UHGV virus genome: UHGV-0334146
DNA: 47,430 bases
From: a virus
Direction: 5' to 3' (one strand)
Shown: positions 44,379 to 47,430 of the stretch, piece after piece
Numbering within the stretch: position 1 is the stretch's first letter
Layout of the letters: every line of letters starts with the position of its first letter
Notes under the pieces: generated by a model
The model's database searches: none
What the model saw: the letters and a program-made list of their open reading frames with translations, nothing else
Told to the model about the DNA's origin: nothing
Position numbers and translations under genes: made by a program

Positions 44379-44460
44379 AGCACCCCACGCCCCGCCCTCC
44401 CCCGGCGGGACTTTTCATACCCCAAACCGTGGGCCGCGCATACGAATCACGCGGGGAAAC

Positions 44461-44733
44461 ATGCAAAAATACCGCAAAAAGCCCGTTGTGATTGAGGCCG
44501 TTCAATGGTGGCGCGATGGGCATGGAAACAACAACTTCGCTGAGGTAGAAGCCCTGAATAGAGGTTCCTGCCGAGAATTGCTGGTGAACGAGGATGGCGA
44601 TCTAATCATCTTCACGCTTGAAGGCCAGCTCCTTGCATCTCCCGGTGACTACATCATCCGGGGTGTGAAAGGTGAGCTGTATCCATGCAAGCCTGACATC
44701 TTTGATGCCACCTATGAAAAGGTGGACGAATGA
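44461..44733 (+). CDS. Hypothetical protein
   Basis: From M58 of ORF 44290.. (MQKYRKKPVVIEAVQW…GDYIIRGVKGELYPCKPDIF). Confidence 0.4.
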   Translation: MQKYRKKPVVIEAVQWWRDGHGNNNFAEVEALNRGSCRELLVNEDGDLIIFTLEGQLLASPGDYIIRGVKGELYPCKPDIFDATYEKVDE

Positions 44734-44810
44734 CGAAATGGGAAAGGCGGCTCACGTGGGTGTGGGTCGCCTTCTTCGTGTGGGTGGTCTGGATTGTGTG
44801 CGTGGAGTAA
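44730..44810 (+). CDS. Tiny hydrophobic peptide (26 aa)
   Basis: ATGA overlap with the upstream stop. MTKWERRLTWVWVAFFVWVVWIVCVE is a single TM helix. It ends 3 nt before the TTG start of the MTase gene. Confidence 0.3.
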   Translation: MTKWERRLTWVWVAFFVWVVWIVCVE

Positions 44811-44813
44811 CCA

Positions 44814-45521
44814 TTGAAAAAAACGATTGTTGGTGATGCGATTATTTACTGTGCCGATTGTCGGTCTATTCTTCCCACGCTGGATACTGTAGATGCAGTA
44901 GTTACAGATCCTCCATATGGCATCGCATATCAAAGTGGATATGCGACAAAAAAGCTTTGGGCTGCAGGGAAGAAGATCGCAGGAGACGAGACAACGGCGG
45001 TTAGGGATGAGGCCTTACAGCTTTGTCATAATCTTTGCTCTCCCATGCTGGTTTTTGGTTCTCATAAAGCCAGGCCACCAGAGGGGACAAGACATATTCT
45101 GATCTGGGACAAGGGTCCAGCTCTCGGAATGGGAGCGCTGGACCTTCCGTGGAAACCTTCTATTGAAGAGATCTATGTCCTTGGGAAGGGCTTCGTAGGA
45201 AAACGTGATGAAGGTTCCGTTATCTACTGTCCCCCGGTGCAGAGTATGGCGAAAAATGGTCGGAAGCATCCGAATGAAAAACCAGTTCCGTTGCTACGGC
45301 GGCTCATAAAGAAGTGCCCCGAAGGGACTATCCTTGATCCTTTCATGGGAAGCGGTGCCATAGGTGAAGCCGCTCTTTTAGAGGGCAGGCGTTTCGTAGG
45401 CATCGAAATTGAGCAGAAATTCTTTGAAATTGCTAAAAAACGCCTTGAATATGCTGAACACTCGATAAGCTTGCTGCAGGGGCGCGGCTGCATGAACAAC
45501 GCGCGGGGTGAAATATGCTGA
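44814..45521 (+). CDS. DNA methyltransferase (amino-MTase, β-class: DPPY motif IV before FxGxG motif I)
   Basis: 235 aa with a TTG start. …AVVTDPPYGIAY… then …ILDPFMGSGAIGEAA…. Low GC. Confidence 0.75.
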   Translation: MKKTIVGDAIIYCADCRSILPTLDTVDAVVTDPPYGIAYQSGYATKKLWAAGKKIAGDETTAVRDEALQLCHNLCSPMLVFGSHKARPPEGTRHILIWDKGPALGMGALDLPWKPSIEEIYVLGKGFVGKRDEGSVIYCPPVQSMAKNGRKHPNEKPVPLLRRLIKKCPEGTILDPFMGSGAIGEAALLEGRRFVGIEIEQKFFEIAKKRLEYAEHSISLLQGRGCMNNARGEIC

Positions 45522-45805
45522 CGGAACAGGAAAGGAAGTGGCTAAAACAGAGAGATAGAAATCTGTTTTCTTTCGGTCTTTACTTAGTTTTTACCCCGGG
45601 GATGAGTCCGGCATTGATAGACTACCGCGACGCCGCCGAGTTCGAGGCGAGAGTGTCACGGTGTATCGCTGAAAATGCATCAGAACTAGATATGATATCT
45701 AATAACTTGCAGTTCCTTGATGGTTTCAAAGCCAAAAGCCTAGCGTGGTACATCCTGCGGGAAGCCCGTATCGCCGTTGAAGAGGAGATGAAAGTCAGTG
45801 AATAA
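45515..45805 (+). CDS. Hypothetical protein
   Basis: 96 aa with overlapping start and stop. Confidence 0.4.
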   Translation: MLTEQERKWLKQRDRNLFSFGLYLVFTPGMSPALIDYRDAAEFEARVSRCIAENASELDMISNNLQFLDGFKAKSLAWYILREARIAVEEEMKVSE

Positions 45806-45989
45806 ATACGATCTGGTTAACTCAGTATGGGCTGTACGCATGGCGTTGCATGATGTCCGCCCTGCGGATTCTCACAGCAATAAAAATCTGAACCGTGCGC
45901 ATAAGTTACTGAGGGAGCTTATTGCAACGTATGGAACAGAGAGAGGGGAAGAAAGGGAGGAGATAAACAATGAACGAAATCACGCTTGA
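45798..45989 (+). CDS. Hypothetical small protein
   Basis: 63 aa. Confidence 0.3.
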   Translation: MNKYDLVNSVWAVRMALHDVRPADSHSNKNLNRAHKLLRELIATYGTERGEEREEINNERNHA

Positions 45990-46200
45990 ATCCATCATGC
46001 AGTGCTCGAAAGAGGCAATTGCGCGGGCATATATGTGCAAAATCGGTGCATCGGTTTATACTCGATGCCCGCTACATGGCGAAGAAACAGAAAATTGCCC
46101 TATGAAAGAGGTGTGGTGCTCAGACGTTACTCCTCAAGCTTGGGAAGAAGTGCTGAACAACGCGCAGGAGAAGAAAGATGACCGCACAGGAATGGCTTGA
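45970..46200 (+). CDS. Hypothetical Cys-containing small protein
   Basis: 76 aa. Confidence 0.35.
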   Translation: MNEITLESIMQCSKEAIARAYMCKIGASVYTRCPLHGEETENCPMKEVWCSDVTPQAWEEVLNNAQEKKDDRTGMA

Positions 46201-46540
46201 CGAGCTTGAACGGCTTAGGAAGGCGGCGACGCCGGGGCCGTGGAGTAAAAGCGAACAGGGCACGAATGAAACGTATCATCATCGTATTGAACGGTACTAT
46301 GGTGGCAAAGAAGTTCCTGAGCATATTGCCTATGTCTTCTTGCCAAATGTTTTTGGTAACTTACATGACGCCGCATACATCGTCGCCGCGTGCAACGCCG
46401 TGCCGATGCTGGTGGAGATGCTCAGAATTGCCGTATGTATGATTGAAGCTCGGAATGCGCAGAGAGCACGCAAAGGAGAAAAAATACCTGTGGACGATGT
46501 GATGCATTTGCTTTTTACCATAACGGAGCCGAAAGAATGA
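46178..46540 (+). CDS. Hypothetical protein (possibly ead/Ea22-like; ATPGPW motif)
   Basis: 120 aa. …LRKAATPGPWSKSEQ…. Confidence 0.4.
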   Translation: MTAQEWLDELERLRKAATPGPWSKSEQGTNETYHHRIERYYGGKEVPEHIAYVFLPNVFGNLHDAAYIVAACNAVPMLVEMLRIAVCMIEARNAQRARKGEKIPVDDVMHLLFTITEPKE

Positions 46541-46671
46541 TCACCACCGAAGAACTCTGAGAACTTGCTGTCCTATTTATTGAAGATGCTTGGCAGTGGG
46601 AAGCGTTCATAGCGTGGGCAGAAGCTCAAGGTTACACACACGAAGAGATAGATGAGGCACGAGGAGAATGA
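46537..46671 (+). pseudogene. Small paralogue of the next gene, interrupted by an in-frame TGA (MITTEEL*ELAVLFIEDAWQWEAFIAWAEAQGYTHEEIDEARGE*)
   Basis: It begins with the same 18 nt (ATCACCACCGAAGAACTC) that open the next gene at 46674-46691. Its TGA at 46558-46560 is in frame, and a further 36 sense codons run on to a TGA that overlaps the next ATG. Confidence 0.35.
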
Positions 46672-47159
46672 CCATCACCACCGAAGAACTCGCCCGCATC
46701 CGGGCCGCCGCCGTTGGCGACATGCTCGGAGACTCCAAGGAACTCGACGGAATGGGGCCTGCGGTTACGATTTTCAGGCTGTGCCGGGAACTGGAACTAG
46801 CACGGAAACACGCCGTCACCATGTCAGAAGTAGCAGCCGCAGCATATGGCGGAAAAATCCCGTCACCGTTGCCCGGTCATACTCACATGACCGAAGAAGA
46901 ATTTACCGAAAGATATAACTGCCCTTGGTGTGGCGGTTCTGGTCACATCGACGATTGCGATGAAGCAGACAAGCAGGTCAAGGCTCAACTGGAACGGATG
47001 GATCGGGAAGCGAAGGTCCTCAGTATCTGGCTTGCAAACGCATATATCGACATCGATCTCATGCCCGAGATCGAGTCTGGTGGGATGAATCCACCGTTGC
47101 CTGAAGATGTACGGGAAGCCGCACGCGAGGCTGCTAGAAAAGATGAACTCCAAACGTGA
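46668..47159 (+). CDS. Hypothetical protein (MTITTEEL…; CxxC…H Zn-like motif)
   Basis: 163 aa. RBS GGAGAA. Confidence 0.5.
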   Translation: MTITTEELARIRAAAVGDMLGDSKELDGMGPAVTIFRLCRELELARKHAVTMSEVAAAAYGGKIPSPLPGHTHMTEEEFTERYNCPWCGGSGHIDDCDEADKQVKAQLERMDREAKVLSIWLANAYIDIDLMPEIESGGMNPPLPEDVREAAREAARKDELQT

Positions 47160-47337
47160 AAGAAATGCCGCAATGGTATGGGCATTGGCAGAATTGCTTG
47201 CAATCTCTGGCGGATGTGAAGGATGTAATCTCAGGGGACTGCACAGTTGTCAGGATATCGTATCCAGAAAACTGTGCTGGATCAAAAAGGCCGATGAGAT
47301 GATCAAAAGGCGCAAAGCCGTGGAGGATGGAAGATGA
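47143..47337 (+). CDS. Hypothetical small protein
   Basis: Its stop is coupled to the next gene by an ATGA overlap. The start could be 47143 or 47182. Confidence 0.3.
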   Translation: MNSKRERNAAMVWALAELLAISGGCEGCNLRGLHSCQDIVSRKLCWIKKADEMIKRRKAVEDGR

Positions 47338-47430
47338 ACGAGGACGCCTTGTTCACAGCAAGACTCATCAGAACTGCGATGGGACATCTTGGCGTTTCTC
47401 AGTCTGAGCTGGCAAAGTATCTGAAAAGTC
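47334..47430 (+). CDS. XRE-family HTH protein, 5' portion (continues at 1..140)
   Basis: MNEDALFTARLIRTAMGHLGVSQSELAKYLKS… is a classic HTH. There is no stop before the window ends. Confidence 0.6.
   Translation, partial: MNEDALFTARLIRTAMGHLGVSQSELAKYLKS

Overview
The window reads as a complete, circularly permuted genome of a temperate contractile-tailed (myovirus-like) phage, about 47.4 kb and roughly 60% GC. It is in excised or vegetative gene order, not an integrated prophage flanked by att sites. The clearest evidence for circularity is an XRE-type HTH gene split by the window boundary: 47334..47430 continues in frame, without a stop, into 1..140.

The minus strand carries the 'rightward' programme: cro-like repressor, cII, replication and accessory genes (Zn-finger protein, Dam methylase, replisome-organizer-like protein, RusA, MazG-like protein), a Mor-family late activator, the lysis cassette (M15 endolysin, holin, lipoprotein spanin, XhlA-like protein), terS/terL, portal, MuF-like protein, protease/scaffold and major capsid, then the neck, sheath, tube, chaperone (a probable G/GT -1 frameshift), tape measure, baseplate (hub, gpV-like spike, J, I), tail fibre and Tfa. 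The plus strand carries the 'leftward' programme: an S24 CI-like repressor, a nucleoside 2-deoxyribosyltransferase-like gene, ERF, SSB, Gp157, many small ORFs, a second DNA methyltransferase, Lar/DUF551, an excisionase-like gene and a tyrosine integrase. Next to the integrase is an attP core carrying the 3' end of a tRNA, with arm-type repeats on either side.

The most interesting features are as follows. An 18-bp motif, CACCGTGAACAAGGTTCG, is repeated ahead of each late operon segment and is a candidate target of the Mor-like activator. Several low-GC morons sit on the opposite strand, each bounded by intrinsic terminators. One is a three-gene island with its own promoter and inverted-repeat operator; it encodes a small acidic protein with a possible PARP-like (H-Y-E) ADP-ribosyltransferase motif, a 463-aa protein of unknown function, and an RHH protein, and may be an undescribed defence or counter-defence module. 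A second moron pairs a glycine-zipper membrane protein with a PD-(D/E)xK nuclease of the HSDR_N family. A third is an unmistakable secreted EndA (endonuclease I) homologue lying between the portal and the terminase genes. A fourth is a Nuc_deoxyrib_tr-family gene co-transcribed with the repressor. No CRISPR array and no intact tRNA or rRNA gene were found.
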